64,000 bases of DNA from Elusimicrobiota bacterium (GTDB lineage Bacteria; Elusimicrobiota; Elusimicrobia; FEN-1173). Shown here one piece after another: positions 10,221 through 20,020 of this stretch. The stretch is taken from NCBI GenBank assembly GCA_041917295.1, contig JAYRXX010000006.1, positions 16,876-80,875 on the forward strand, read 5' to 3'. Within the stretch, counting starts at the first letter, position 1, and the number at the start of each line of letters is the position of its first letter. A program made the position numbers and the translations under genes. The notes beneath the pieces were generated by a model that saw only the letters and a program-made list of their open reading frames with translations, was not told the origin of the DNA and made no database searches.

Positions 10221-11111
10221 TTATTCCTCTTCTCCCACCTTCAACCTAATGAACCGACGGGGAATCAAGGTTGCACCCACTTTTTTGGACACCGACTCCA
10301 CCACCTGGGCAACCGTTGCCGTTTTACCGCCGTCCACGGGCTTAATAAACGGCTGTTCCATGAGACAAAATTGGCCGTAATACTGCTGAACCTTTCCGTT
10401 GACAATTTTGTCCCAGATTTTCTCGGGCTTGTTTTCCCGCCGGGCTTGTTCGCGAGCGATGTTGGACTCCTGCTCGATCACGTCCGGAGACACGTCTTCT
10501 TTGCGGACAAACTTCGGGCTGGCCGCCGCGATCTGCATGGCCAGGTCCCGGGCCAAGGTTTTGGACTCTTCTTTTTCGAGGGCGGCCGCGCCGTCACCGG
10601 CCACACCCAGTTCAACCAAAACGCCCACTTTGCCGATGTTGCCCGACGGATGGATATACACCGAGAAGATGCCCGGCGAAACCCGGTCAAACCGGGCGAA
10701 CCGGCCCTTGCGCAATTGAACGTTTTCTTTGAGCTTCGCGGCCATCTCTTGAATCCGGTCGGCCGGCGCGTCCGCAGCGGATTTCCAAGGCGGATTGGCG
10801 GTGGCCGCCAACCGCGTCAGTTCACCCAAGAAGCCCTGAAAATCGTCCGTGCGGGCCACGAAATCCGTTTCGCAGTTCAATTCGAGCAAAACAGCCGTTT
10901 TCCCCGACGGATCCACATACGACGTCACCAGCCCGTCTCCGGTCACGCGATCGGCCCGTTTGGCCGCCGACGCCGCTCCCTGCTCGCGCAACACCACCAC
11001 GGCTTTATCAAAATCCCCGCCGGTTTGAGTCAACGCGCGTTTGCAATCCATTAATCCGGCGCCTGTTTTGGCCCGGAGTTTTGCCACACTTTCGCTGGAA
11101 ATGTCCGCCAT
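10221..11111 (-). CDS. tsf: Elongation factor Ts
   Basis: LRAKTGAGLMDCKRAL, ELNCETDFVA motifs; follows rpsB. Confidence 0.97.
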   Translation of the reverse strand: MADISSESVAKLRAKTGAGLMDCKRALTQTGGDFDKAVVVLREQGAASAAKRADRVTGDGLVTSYVDPSGKTAVLLELNCETDFVARTDDFQGFLGELTRLAATANPPWKSAADAPADRIQEMAAKLKENVQLRKGRFARFDRVSPGIFSVYIHPSGNIGKVGVLVELGVAGDGAAALEKEESKTLARDLAMQIAAASPKFVRKEDVSPDVIEQESNIAREQARRENKPEKIWDKIVNGKVQQYYGQFCLMEQPFIKPVDGGKTATVAQVVESVSKKVGATLIPRRFIRLKVGEEE

Positions 11112-11130
11112 GGAAAAGGATCCTCCTCAA

Positions 11131-11919
11131 TTAGCGAGCGGCCGGGGCCGTTTGAGCCACCGATTCCGCTTCGTCCGTCAAATTGATTTCTTGGTCCGCC
11201 TGAACATCGGCCTCGGCCGGTTGAACAGCCGCCTTGGAGGCCGCGCGCCCCTCAATAATCGTGTCGGCAATGAGCTTGCAAAACAGCCGCACAGACCGAA
11301 TCGCGTCGTCGTTGCCGGGCATGGGGTAATCGATCAAGTCGGGATCGCAGTTGGTGTCGCAAATGGACACGATGGGAATTTCCATCCGCCGGGCTTCCGT
11401 CACGGCCGTCAGCTCCTGAACCGGATCCACCACGAAAAGGGCGTCGGGCAACCGGGTCATATTTTTAATGCCGTCCAAGGACTTCGCCAACCGCTTGATG
11501 TCTTTTTCCCGATACAGGGCTTCCTTCTTAGACAAAGAGCTGAACACACCACTCTGTTTCATGCGTTCTTGTTCCTGAAGCCGCTGAGCCGATTTACGAA
11601 CGGTCTCAAAGTTGGTCAACGTTCCGCCCAGCCAGCGATCGCGGACGAAGGGCATTTCACAGCGGGCCGCTTCTTGGGCAATGGCCTCCCGGGCTTGTTT
11701 TTTGGTGCCAACGAACATAAACACTTTCCCCTCGGAGGCGGCGTCCTTGACGTAGGTCAGGGCTTTTTTGAGTTCTTTCACGGTTTTTTGCAGGTCGATG
11801 ATGTGAATGTTATTGCGGCTCCCAAAAATGTATTTGGACATTTTCGGGTTCCAACGCCGGGTTTGGTGTCCGAAATGGACGCCGGCTTCCAACAGGGCCT
11901 TCATTGAGACAGTTGCCAT
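11131..11919 (-). CDS. rpsB: 30S ribosomal protein S2
   Basis: LLEAGVHFGHQTRRWNPKM, RWLGGTLTN, DTNCDPD.IDYPMPGNDDAIRS. Confidence 0.98.
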   Translation of the reverse strand: MATVSMKALLEAGVHFGHQTRRWNPKMSKYIFGSRNNIHIIDLQKTVKELKKALTYVKDAASEGKVFMFVGTKKQAREAIAQEAARCEMPFVRDRWLGGTLTNFETVRKSAQRLQEQERMKQSGVFSSLSKKEALYREKDIKRLAKSLDGIKNMTRLPDALFVVDPVQELTAVTEARRMEIPIVSICDTNCDPDLIDYPMPGNDDAIRSVRLFCKLIADTIIEGRAASKAAVQPAEADVQADQEINLTDEAESVAQTAPAAR

Positions 11920-11948
11920 GACTCCTCCTGAATGTCGCGCTTGTGCCG

Positions 11949-11978
11949 AAAAAAAAAGCGGTCCTTGTGAGGACCGCT
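11949..11978 (-). terminator. Intrinsic terminator-like hairpin inside the rpsB 5' leader
   Basis: Minus strand AGCGGTCCT-CACA-AGGACCGCT (9-bp stem) then a T run (A9 at 11949-11957 on plus), about 30 nt upstream of the rpsB ATG. Confidence 0.7.
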
Positions 11979-12029
11979 CTCTCGTTTAAGGCAAACAAGG
12001 GATTGAAACATTCCCGTTTCAATCAGCGC

Positions 12030-12126
12030 GCGGTTTTATCCGTCGATATCGACGGCCTCCATCCTCTTCGCTTCGCCCGCGGCCCTTTTTCAGGGACCCC
12101 GTCGGGCGATCCAAGGATGTGTGAAC
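12030..12126 (-). ncRNA. S2 ribosomal protein leader (t44/rpsB leader-like)
   Basis: Minus strand CACACATCC...GGATGGAGGC...ATAAAACC resembles the recalled t44 core (CACAC...GGAGGC ATAACC); lies upstream of rpsB-tsf. Confidence 0.65.
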
Positions 12127-12165
12127 GAGCGGCGCGGTGATCGGCGCCGCCCGCGTTAAACAAAT

Positions 12166-12562
<397 letters not shown>

Positions 12563-12598
12563 GGCGTTCGCGCCCGTCAGAAACAACGGGAAGGGGCT

Positions 12599-12775
12599 TT
12601 ACGCCTTCTTGTCTGTCGAGGAGCCGCCCGGCTCGTCGCCGTCTTTGAGCCCTTTCTTAAACCCGGTAATCGCCTTGCCCAAACTTTTGCCCAACTCCGG
12701 CAACTTGTGGGGCCCAAAAAACAACAACCCGATCAACAACACCAGAAACAGTTCCTGCCATCCCATTCCAAACAT
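12599..12775 (-). CDS. tatA: Twin-arginine translocase subunit TatA/E
   Basis: Absent from the ORF track; MFGMGWQELFLVLLIGLLFFGPHKLPELGKSLGKAITGFKKGLKDGDEPGGSSTDKKA* (58 aa) with the FG.xKLP signature. Confidence 0.93.
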   Translation of the reverse strand: MFGMGWQELFLVLLIGLLFFGPHKLPELGKSLGKAITGFKKGLKDGDEPGGSSTDKKA

Positions 12776-12777
12776 GG

Positions 12778-13776
12778 TTACACCTTCCTGTCCGACAACC
12801 GTCGGGACACTTCCGCCAGCAAACCACGGGCGGGCACATCGGGAAGCGTGGCCAAGGCGGCTTCCGCTTCCCTCAACAGGGTTCGAACCATCTCTTTTGA
12901 TTTATCGAGAACACCCGAACGGCGGAGGTCGGCGATAAAGGCGTCCACCCGGCCGTTGGGACTGCGAAGCAAATCCTGAAAAGCGGTCCGTTCTTTGTCC
13001 GACGACAATCCCGCCGCGTAATCGATCAGGGGCAACGTCATCTTGCCGTGAATCAGGTCGGTGTGCAGGGTTTTCCCGACAACAGCCTCGTCGCCTTCGA
13101 TATCCAAAATATCATCGACGATTTGAAATGCCACCCCCAACCGATCGCCGAACGTCTCCAACGCGCGAAGGGGGGCCGGCTCAAGCCCGCCCAAAAGCCC
13201 GCCCGCCCGGCACGCGGCCGCCATCAACGACGCGGTCTTTTTTTGGAGAAACGACACATAATCGGCCACGGATAAATCAAAGCGGTAACGACTTTCGTAC
13301 TGGCCTATTTCGCCCTCGCACATGGTCATGGTGCATCCGGCAAACATTGACATCAAGTCCGCCCGACCCAACGCGCTCAAGCGACGAAACGCCTCGGCGT
13401 ACACATAGTCGCCCAACAAAACGGCCGCACCCTCGCCAAATTTCACGCCCACCGTGGGCCGCTGGCGGCGGATGACCGCTTCGTCCACCAAATCGTCGTG
13501 GGCCAAGGTGGCGATGTGAATCATTTCCACGGCGAGGGCGGTTTGGGCTACCTCCGCCTTGTCGGCTTTCCCAAACTGAGACCCCAAAAACACCAAAGCG
13601 GGCCGAACCCGTTTCCCGGATCCCGTTAAAACATAATCGGCCAACCGCCCCAAAAATCCGGTTTTTTCACCGGCCGCTTGGGCCAAGGCTTTTTCGGTTT
13701 CCAACAGGAAATCCGTAAGAGGTTTGGACTCCCCCGCCCGAAGAACCGGTTCCAGTAAACGAAGAGCTAGGGCCAT
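12778..13776 (-). CDS. Polyprenyl diphosphate synthase (quinone side chain)
   Basis: GKRVRP, EMIHIATLAHDDLVD, FQIVDDILD, GKMTLP; start at MALAL (13776). Confidence 0.92.
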   Translation of the reverse strand: MALALRLLEPVLRAGESKPLTDFLLETEKALAQAAGEKTGFLGRLADYVLTGSGKRVRPALVFLGSQFGKADKAEVAQTALAVEMIHIATLAHDDLVDEAVIRRQRPTVGVKFGEGAAVLLGDYVYAEAFRRLSALGRADLMSMFAGCTMTMCEGEIGQYESRYRFDLSVADYVSFLQKKTASLMAAACRAGGLLGGLEPAPLRALETFGDRLGVAFQIVDDILDIEGDEAVVGKTLHTDLIHGKMTLPLIDYAAGLSSDKERTAFQDLLRSPNGRVDAFIADLRRSGVLDKSKEMVRTLLREAEAALATLPDVPARGLLAEVSRRLSDRKV

Positions 13777-15185
13777 ACCGAACGAACCGCCGTGACCAAC
13801 AGATTTGGAAACACCCCCACAATTAAAGTGAACGCGCCGGCCCCCGCCACCACGGTCCAAATCGGCGCCGTAAGGCGCGGTTTTCCGTCACGCGGGGGCG
13901 TTCCGAAAAACATGTTGCGCATGATGGAAAAATAATAAAACAGCGACACCACGCTGTTTAAAGCGCCCGCCACAGCCAGCCACAGAAGGCCCGGCGTTTG
14001 CAAAACAGCGGCAAACAAAGAAAATTTTCCGATAAAACCGGCCATTGGGGGCAATCCCGTTAAAGACAGGAGAAACACCGCCGTCACCAAAGCCAAGGGC
14101 AGAGACCGCGCCGCCGCCCCCGCAAAAGCCTCCACGTTTTCCGATTCGGCATCTTCTGTGAAAGCGATCACGCTGGCGAACGCGCCCAGATTCATTACCA
14201 TATAGACCACCAAATAAATTAATACCGCTTGGATTCCCGCGGCCTGCCCGGCCACCAGCCCCATCAACACGTATCCCATCTGAGCGATGGAAGAGTAGGC
14301 CAACAGCCGTTTCACATTGGTTTGGCGCAGGGCGCCCAAATTCCCGATGGTCATTGTGACCGCCGACAACAAAGCCACGATGGTTATGATCGTCGACCCT
14401 TCGGCCCCTTGAAAAAAGCGGATCATCATGCCGAAAGCGGCGGTTTTCGGCGCCACAGATAAAAAGGCCGTGATGGGAGTGGGAGCGCCTTCGTAAACGT
14501 CCGGGGCCCACAAATGAAACGGGGCCAGGGCCAGTTTAAATCCAAACCCAGCTAAAACAAAGAGGAGAGCCCCGGCCAACGGCATTGCCGGAAGAGCCGC
14601 TCCAGCGGGGCCGGCAAAAGAGCTCAACTGGGTGGACCCCGTCACTCCATACAAGAGAGACATTCCAAACACCATCAACCCTGTTGAGAAACCGCCCACC
14701 AAGAAATACTTAATGGCCGCCTCGCTGGCCCGCTTATCTTGGCGGCAATAACCGGTGAGGACGAACGAGGTCAAGCTGATCAATTCGATGGAAATAAGGA
14801 TGGTCAAAAAGTCGGATGCGGAGACGAGCAAAAAGAGCCCCACCGTGGACAACAAGAGCAGGCCCAAAAACGTTCCCCACGAAAACGGTTTTCCCCCCTC
14901 TCCCGATTGAAACACGCTAAACCCCGAGCAAAACCCCATCACAACCAAGACAGACAACACCGACAACGCTTTCAAGAACCGAGAGAGAGGATCCAACGTG
15001 AGAACGCCAAAAGCGGACGTGTCGGGAGAAGCCAACGTCAAGCCGAAAGCCGCGACCAACGAAACCAACGCGATGGCGAAGGCGGATTTTTTGTGTTCGC
15101 ACCGACCGGTGTCAACCAAAAACAACACAAGGGCCCCAACCGTCAGGGCCAGTTCGGGCAACAGAGAGAGTACAGACGACGTCAT
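13767..15185 (-). CDS. nuoN: NADH-quinone oxidoreductase subunit N
   Basis: Antiporter-like; EAAIKYF, FHLWAPDVYEGAP, KRLLAYSSI. Confidence 0.95.
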   Translation of the reverse strand: MTSSVLSLLPELALTVGALVLFLVDTGRCEHKKSAFAIALVSLVAAFGLTLASPDTSAFGVLTLDPLSRFLKALSVLSVLVVMGFCSGFSVFQSGEGGKPFSWGTFLGLLLLSTVGLFLLVSASDFLTILISIELISLTSFVLTGYCRQDKRASEAAIKYFLVGGFSTGLMVFGMSLLYGVTGSTQLSSFAGPAGAALPAMPLAGALLFVLAGFGFKLALAPFHLWAPDVYEGAPTPITAFLSVAPKTAAFGMMIRFFQGAEGSTIITIVALLSAVTMTIGNLGALRQTNVKRLLAYSSIAQMGYVLMGLVAGQAAGIQAVLIYLVVYMVMNLGAFASVIAFTEDAESENVEAFAGAAARSLPLALVTAVFLLSLTGLPPMAGFIGKFSLFAAVLQTPGLLWLAVAGALNSVVSLFYYFSIMRNMFFGTPPRDGKPRLTAPIWTVVAGAGAFTLIVGVFPNLLVTAVRSVWP

Positions 15186-16672
15186 TTTCCGACCACGTGT
15201 TCGATCAATTTTTCAATGGACGGGGTCATTTTGTTTAAGAGATAAGTGGGGTAAACCCCGATCCAAATCGTCAACACAACCAGGGGAACAACGGTAATCA
15301 ATTCCCGGCCGTTCATTTCCGACAATTTCCCGTCCCACTTCGTGTTAAAAGTTCCCAAAAAGACATCTTTGATTAGTTTTAAGAAAAAGGCCGCCGTAAC
15401 CACAATACCGATGACGGAAAGCCCAACCCACAGCAACATGCCTTTTTGGCCGAACCCGCCCAGGAAACAAAGGAACTCGCCCACAAAACCGGCCAATCCC
15501 GGCAAGCCCAGGGACGCCATGGCCTGAACCGTCATGATCCCGGCAAAAATGGGCAACCGCGCCCCCAACCCGCCGAATTCGTCGATGTTACGGGTATGAG
15601 CTTGGTCGTAGATAACACCCACCAACAAAAACAAGCTCCCCGTAATAATACCGTGGGTGACCATTTGCACCATCGCTCCGGAAAGTCCCGCGGCGGCGTT
15701 CGTGCCGGTGATGGCGGCCATGCCCAGCAAACAGTAACCCATGTGGTTAACAGACGAATAAGCCACCATCCGTTTCATGTCGCGCTGGTTCATGGCGCAA
15801 AAGGCGCCGTAAACAATGTTAACGAACGCGATAAACAACAAATAAGGGGCAAACCAGCGGGTGGCCTCGGGCAAGATGGAATACGAAACCCGCAATAAGC
15901 CGTAAGTGCCCATTTTCAGAAGAACGCCCGCCAGAATCACTGACACCGCGGTGGGCGCTTCCACGTGGGCCAGGGGCAACCAGGTGTGGAACGGAAACGC
16001 CGGAACCTTAACCGCAAATCCGACGAACAAGGCCAGAAACACCCAAATAAACCGCGTGCCCACAAAGGCGCTGGACTGTTTCGCCAACTCCACCATATCA
16101 AAGGTCCGCGGTTCGCTGGAAAAATAGAGCGCCAAAATACCCAACAGCATTAACACGCTTCCCGCCAAGGTGTAAAGGAAAAATTTAACCGCAGCGTATT
16201 CTCGTTTGGGGCCGCCCCACACGCCGATCAGGAAATACATCGGGACCAATGTGATTTCCCAAAACACGTAAAACAAAAACATATCCAAGGAAACGAACAC
16301 GCCCAACATCCCTGTTTCCAAAAGCAAGAACCAGAAAAAATATTCTTTCAAACGGTTTTCAATGCCAAACGAAGCGATCAAGGCGATCACGGTCAAAGCC
16401 GTGGTGAGCAAAATCAGAGGCATCGACAACCCATCCACGCCCACGAGGTATTGAACGTTAAAGGTCGGTATCCACGCCACCCGTTCCACCAACTGCATGG
16501 TGTCCCACCCGCCGGCGGCCCCGTCAAAACGGGCCCAAGCGATCAAAGACACAGCCAGCGAAGCAACAGCCGCGCCCACGGCGGTGGTCCGCAAAAGAAA
16601 TTTACTTTCTTTAGGAAGGGCCAAAATCAACAGGGCCCCCATCAACGGTAAAAAGGTTATTAAGCTCAACAT
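15182..16672 (-). CDS. nuoM: NADH-quinone oxidoreductase subunit M
   Basis: FYVFWE, FPFHTWLPLAHVEAPT, GLPGLAGFVGEF. Confidence 0.95.
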   Translation of the reverse strand: MLSLITFLPLMGALLILALPKESKFLLRTTAVGAAVASLAVSLIAWARFDGAAGGWDTMQLVERVAWIPTFNVQYLVGVDGLSMPLILLTTALTVIALIASFGIENRLKEYFFWFLLLETGMLGVFVSLDMFLFYVFWEITLVPMYFLIGVWGGPKREYAAVKFFLYTLAGSVLMLLGILALYFSSEPRTFDMVELAKQSSAFVGTRFIWVFLALFVGFAVKVPAFPFHTWLPLAHVEAPTAVSVILAGVLLKMGTYGLLRVSYSILPEATRWFAPYLLFIAFVNIVYGAFCAMNQRDMKRMVAYSSVNHMGYCLLGMAAITGTNAAAGLSGAMVQMVTHGIITGSLFLLVGVIYDQAHTRNIDEFGGLGARLPIFAGIMTVQAMASLGLPGLAGFVGEFLCFLGGFGQKGMLLWVGLSVIGIVVTAAFFLKLIKDVFLGTFNTKWDGKLSEMNGRELITVVPLVVLTIWIGVYPTYLLNKMTPSIEKLIEHVVGK

Positions 16673-16709
16673 GAACGATCACTCCTCGTTAATAATTTCG
16701 AAAAGAAAC

Positions 16710-18674
16710 TTATCCCAACACCCCGGCGATCCAAAGAAGCAACACCCCAACCCCCACAGCCGCGGCCAACAAATAATTCTGAACAAATCCAGACTGCACC
16801 GCCCGCACGCCCGCGCCCAACCGGCCGGCCAACCATCCCCAGCCGTTCACAAAAATCCCATCAACGATCACGTCGTCCACCCATTTGTGGATACGGCCCA
16901 AACCCCGCCCGACAGCGCCCACTCCGTCCACGCCCCCCTGGTCCAGGACGTTGTAATCAAAATCCGCCAAATAGCGCGCGGGCTTAAAACACAGGACGTC
17001 GGACAAATACAAATAGACCCGATCAAAGTAGCGCACCGTCACCAGCTGATACAAAACGGGAAACCGTCCGGCAACCCAAACCGGATCGGGCGTTTTGAAA
17101 ACGTACATGGCCACAGCCAATGCCAGCCCCGCCCCCAGCGCCAACAATGAGACCCCCAGTACGACCCCGTGAACATCGTGGGCCCCGTGATGAAGCGCAT
17201 GTATTTCCACCCACTTTTCAAACGGGAACACATAGTGTAAGAGGAACCCGGCCCCGATGGAAAAAACCGCCAAAATGGCCAAGGGGATGGCCATGGTCGG
17301 ACCGCTTTCATGGGCGTGGCCGAATCGGTCCCCATCCCGGGGCGTTCCCCAAAAGGTGAGAATCATCAAACGGGTCATGTAAAAAGTGGTTAAAAAAGCG
17401 GCGAAAGCCGCCACGGCAAATAGAGCCGGATGGTCAGCGCCCAAAACCGCCGCCAAGATGGCTTCTTTGCTGTAGAACCCGGATCCCACATAGGGGAACC
17501 CGATAATGGCCAGCCAGGCGCAAAACATGGCGATGGCGGTAATGGGAAGCTTTTTAGCCAGCCCGCCCATGAGCGGCATTTCGTTGGTGTGAACAGCATG
17601 GATCACGCTTCCGGCTCCCAAAAACAACAGCGCTTTGAAAAAGGCGTGGGTGGTCAAATGAAACATACCGGACTGGGGATCTCCCACTCCCATGGACATC
17701 ACCATGAAGCCCAACTGGCTGATGGTGGAATAGGCCAACACTTTTTTGATGTCCGTGGCGGTCAAGGCGCTTAGGGCGGCACCCAACGCGGTAATCCCGC
17801 CGGTCCAGGCAACGAGCGTTTGGGCGAACGGGGAAAGAGCGAACAAGAAATGAAACCGAGCCAGCAAAAACACACCCGCGGCCACCATGGTCGCCGCGTG
17901 AATCAACGCCGAAACAGGAGTGGGCCCTTCCATGGCGTCGGGCAACCACACATGCAGGGGAACCTGGGCCGATTTCCCCACCGCACCGGCAAACAACAAC
18001 AACGAAATCACCGTGGCCACGGCGGGGGTCAAATTTTTGTATTCGTTACCGATCAAACCAAAATTGAGCGTCCCCACAGACGTGAACAACAAAAGAAGGC
18101 CCAAATAAAACCCCACATCGCCGATACGCGTCGTAATAAAGGCTTTGCGGCTGGCGTAGGCCGCGGCAGGCCGTTCAAACTCAAAACCGATGAGCAGATA
18201 GGACGACAACCCCATTAATTCCCATCCCATAAAAAACTGAAGGAGATTGTTAGCCACAACCAACAGGAGCATGGCCGACGTGAAAAAAGAGAGATAAGCG
18301 TAATAGCGGGAAAAGCGAGGCTTGCCGTGTTGATACCCCAACGAATAAACCTGGACCAAAAGGGAAACCACGGTAACCACCACAAGCATCATGGCGGCCA
18401 TACCGTCGATCATAACGCCGGTTTCTACCCGAATTGGCCCGACAGTAAACCAATCCCACGTTCGCTCAAAAAACCGCCCCGACACCCCCTCCAACGGCAA
18501 CAGATCGGGGTTCAGATAAACCGAGGCCAAAATGCCGAACGATTGAACCACCCCCCACCCCGCGGCCAAAATCCCCAAAAAGGCGCCGCCCAAAGGCAAC
18601 TTTTTGCCAAAAAACAAAATCAGAACCGACGCGGCCAGGGGCAACAAGGGAATGAGGTAAGCGTGTTCGAGCAT
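16710..18674 (-). CDS. nuoL: NADH-quinone oxidoreductase subunit L
   Basis: GKSAQVPLHVWLPDAMEGPTPVSALIHAATMV, HLTTHAFFKALLFL. Confidence 0.96.
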   Translation of the reverse strand: MLEHAYLIPLLPLAASVLILFFGKKLPLGGAFLGILAAGWGVVQSFGILASVYLNPDLLPLEGVSGRFFERTWDWFTVGPIRVETGVMIDGMAAMMLVVVTVVSLLVQVYSLGYQHGKPRFSRYYAYLSFFTSAMLLLVVANNLLQFFMGWELMGLSSYLLIGFEFERPAAAYASRKAFITTRIGDVGFYLGLLLLFTSVGTLNFGLIGNEYKNLTPAVATVISLLLFAGAVGKSAQVPLHVWLPDAMEGPTPVSALIHAATMVAAGVFLLARFHFLFALSPFAQTLVAWTGGITALGAALSALTATDIKKVLAYSTISQLGFMVMSMGVGDPQSGMFHLTTHAFFKALLFLGAGSVIHAVHTNEMPLMGGLAKKLPITAIAMFCAWLAIIGFPYVGSGFYSKEAILAAVLGADHPALFAVAAFAAFLTTFYMTRLMILTFWGTPRDGDRFGHAHESGPTMAIPLAILAVFSIGAGFLLHYVFPFEKWVEIHALHHGAHDVHGVVLGVSLLALGAGLALAVAMYVFKTPDPVWVAGRFPVLYQLVTVRYFDRVYLYLSDVLCFKPARYLADFDYNVLDQGGVDGVGAVGRGLGRIHKWVDDVIVDGIFVNGWGWLAGRLGAGVRAVQSGFVQNYLLAAAVGVGVLLLWIAGVLG

Positions 18675-18675
18675 G

Positions 18676-18984
18676 TCAACCTTTTAACATCGTCAGATTT
18701 TCTGACAGAACGGTTTTGAAGTTGCGGTGGATGGCCAGCACCAGGGCCAATCCGACCACGGCCTCCGCGGCCGCGAGGGCGATAATGAAAAGGGCGAAAC
18801 CCTGTCCCCACGGTTGGCCCGGATGGAGATAGCGGTTAAACGCCACGAAATTAATGTTGGCGGCGTTAAACATGAGCTCAATACCAATCAAAATTCCGAG
18901 CACGTTTCGCCGGGCCAAAACCCCGAACATGCCGATCGAAAACAAGATCGACGAAACCAACAAATACCCGCCCAGCCCCATCAT
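18676..18984 (-). CDS. nuoK: NADH-quinone oxidoreductase subunit K
   Basis: IELMFNAANINFVAF, AAAEAVVGLAL. Confidence 0.95.
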   Translation of the reverse strand: MMGLGGYLLVSSILFSIGMFGVLARRNVLGILIGIELMFNAANINFVAFNRYLHPGQPWGQGFALFIIALAAAEAVVGLALVLAIHRNFKTVLSENLTMLKG

Positions 18985-19484
18985 ACCGATTTATCCTTTT
19001 TCGAAAAGTGAACCGCCCCGACCAAAGCCGCCAACAACACCAGAGAAATCGCTTCGAAAGGGAACACCCAATCGCGGATCAAAAGAAGCCCCAAAGATGC
19101 CGTGGTGGGCGCGGAAGGTCCGGTCTCGGCCGCCACCGGCAACTGATGAAAAAGAATAGACAACCCACCGACGAAAACGCCCACCAACGCCAAGCCCCAT
19201 CCCCACTGGGCGTTCACTTGTTTCACCATCCAATTTTTCGGACTACCCGACAAAAGAACAACGAACAACAGCAACACCGTGATCCCCCCCGCATACACCA
19301 AAATTTGGGCCACAAACAAAAAGTCGGCCCCCAACAGGGCAAACATCCCCCCCACGCCTGTTAAAGACACAACGAGCCACAGGGCACAATGGAAAATATT
19401 TTTCAAACCCACCGCCAAAATGGCGGGAACCAAAATAAGGACAGACAACAGCCCGAACACGGTTGATTCAATCACGCCATTCAT
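18981..19484 (-). CDS. nuoJ: NADH-quinone oxidoreductase subunit J
   Basis: AQILVYAGGITVLLLF, PFEAISLVLLAALVGA. Confidence 0.95.
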   Translation of the reverse strand: MNGVIESTVFGLLSVLILVPAILAVGLKNIFHCALWLVVSLTGVGGMFALLGADFLFVAQILVYAGGITVLLLFVVLLSGSPKNWMVKQVNAQWGWGLALVGVFVGGLSILFHQLPVAAETGPSAPTTASLGLLLIRDWVFPFEAISLVLLAALVGAVHFSKKDKSV

Positions 19485-20020
19485 TAGAACGCCACCGGAT
19501 CGGACGGGGTTGAAGACCCGTTGGATTTAATGTTAACTCCGGTTTTTTGCCCCTGCGCCATAAACCGCGCCCAAATTTGGCCGAAATCCGAACCCGCTGG
19601 TTGGGCCACATCCGGCCGCCAGTCCATGACAAAATCGTTACGGTTGGTAAAGGAAAGCTCGTATTCTTTTGTGTGGTGGACGGATTTGGGTTTCGTGGGG
19701 CAAACCTCTTCGCACAACCGGCAGTAATTGCATTTCCCGAAGTCGATTTTGTACCACGCCAAATCTTTTTTCTTTGTTTCTTCGTTGCGTTTGGATTCAA
19801 GGGAAATGCACGCCGACGGGCAGGCCCGAACGCACATTTCGCACGAAATACAAATTTCCGGATGAAACGCCAACGCGCCCCGGAACCGGTCTGACAAGGT
19901 CAGTTTTTCGTGGGGATATTGAACCGTGATGGACGGCATAAACAAATGGCGAAGAGTGACACCCAGGCCTGTGACTAATCCCTTGGCCCCGTTATAAACA
20001 GATTTGAAGTAGGCGAACAT
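19484..20020 (-). CDS. nuoI: NADH-quinone oxidoreductase subunit I
   Basis: TVQYPHE, CISCEMCVRACP and CNYCRLCEEVCP; start at MFAYF (20020) overlapping the nuoH stop. Confidence 0.95.
   Translation of the reverse strand: MFAYFKSVYNGAKGLVTGLGVTLRHLFMPSITVQYPHEKLTLSDRFRGALAFHPEICISCEMCVRACPSACISLESKRNEETKKKDLAWYKIDFGKCNYCRLCEEVCPTKPKSVHHTKEYELSFTNRNDFVMDWRPDVAQPAGSDFGQIWARFMAQGQKTGVNIKSNGSSTPSDPVAF

Noticed and set aside
11985-12024. CRISPR-repeat-like sequence (GGGATTGAAAC / GTTTCAATC)
   Set aside because: Single inverted pair forming a hairpin in the rpsB leader; no repeat-spacer array and no cas genes in the window.
12036-12062. Mini-ORF MEAVDIDG* as a leader peptide
   Set aside because: Its ATG is part of the conserved GGATGGAGG pairing strand of the S2 leader, so it is probably coincidental; no independent support.
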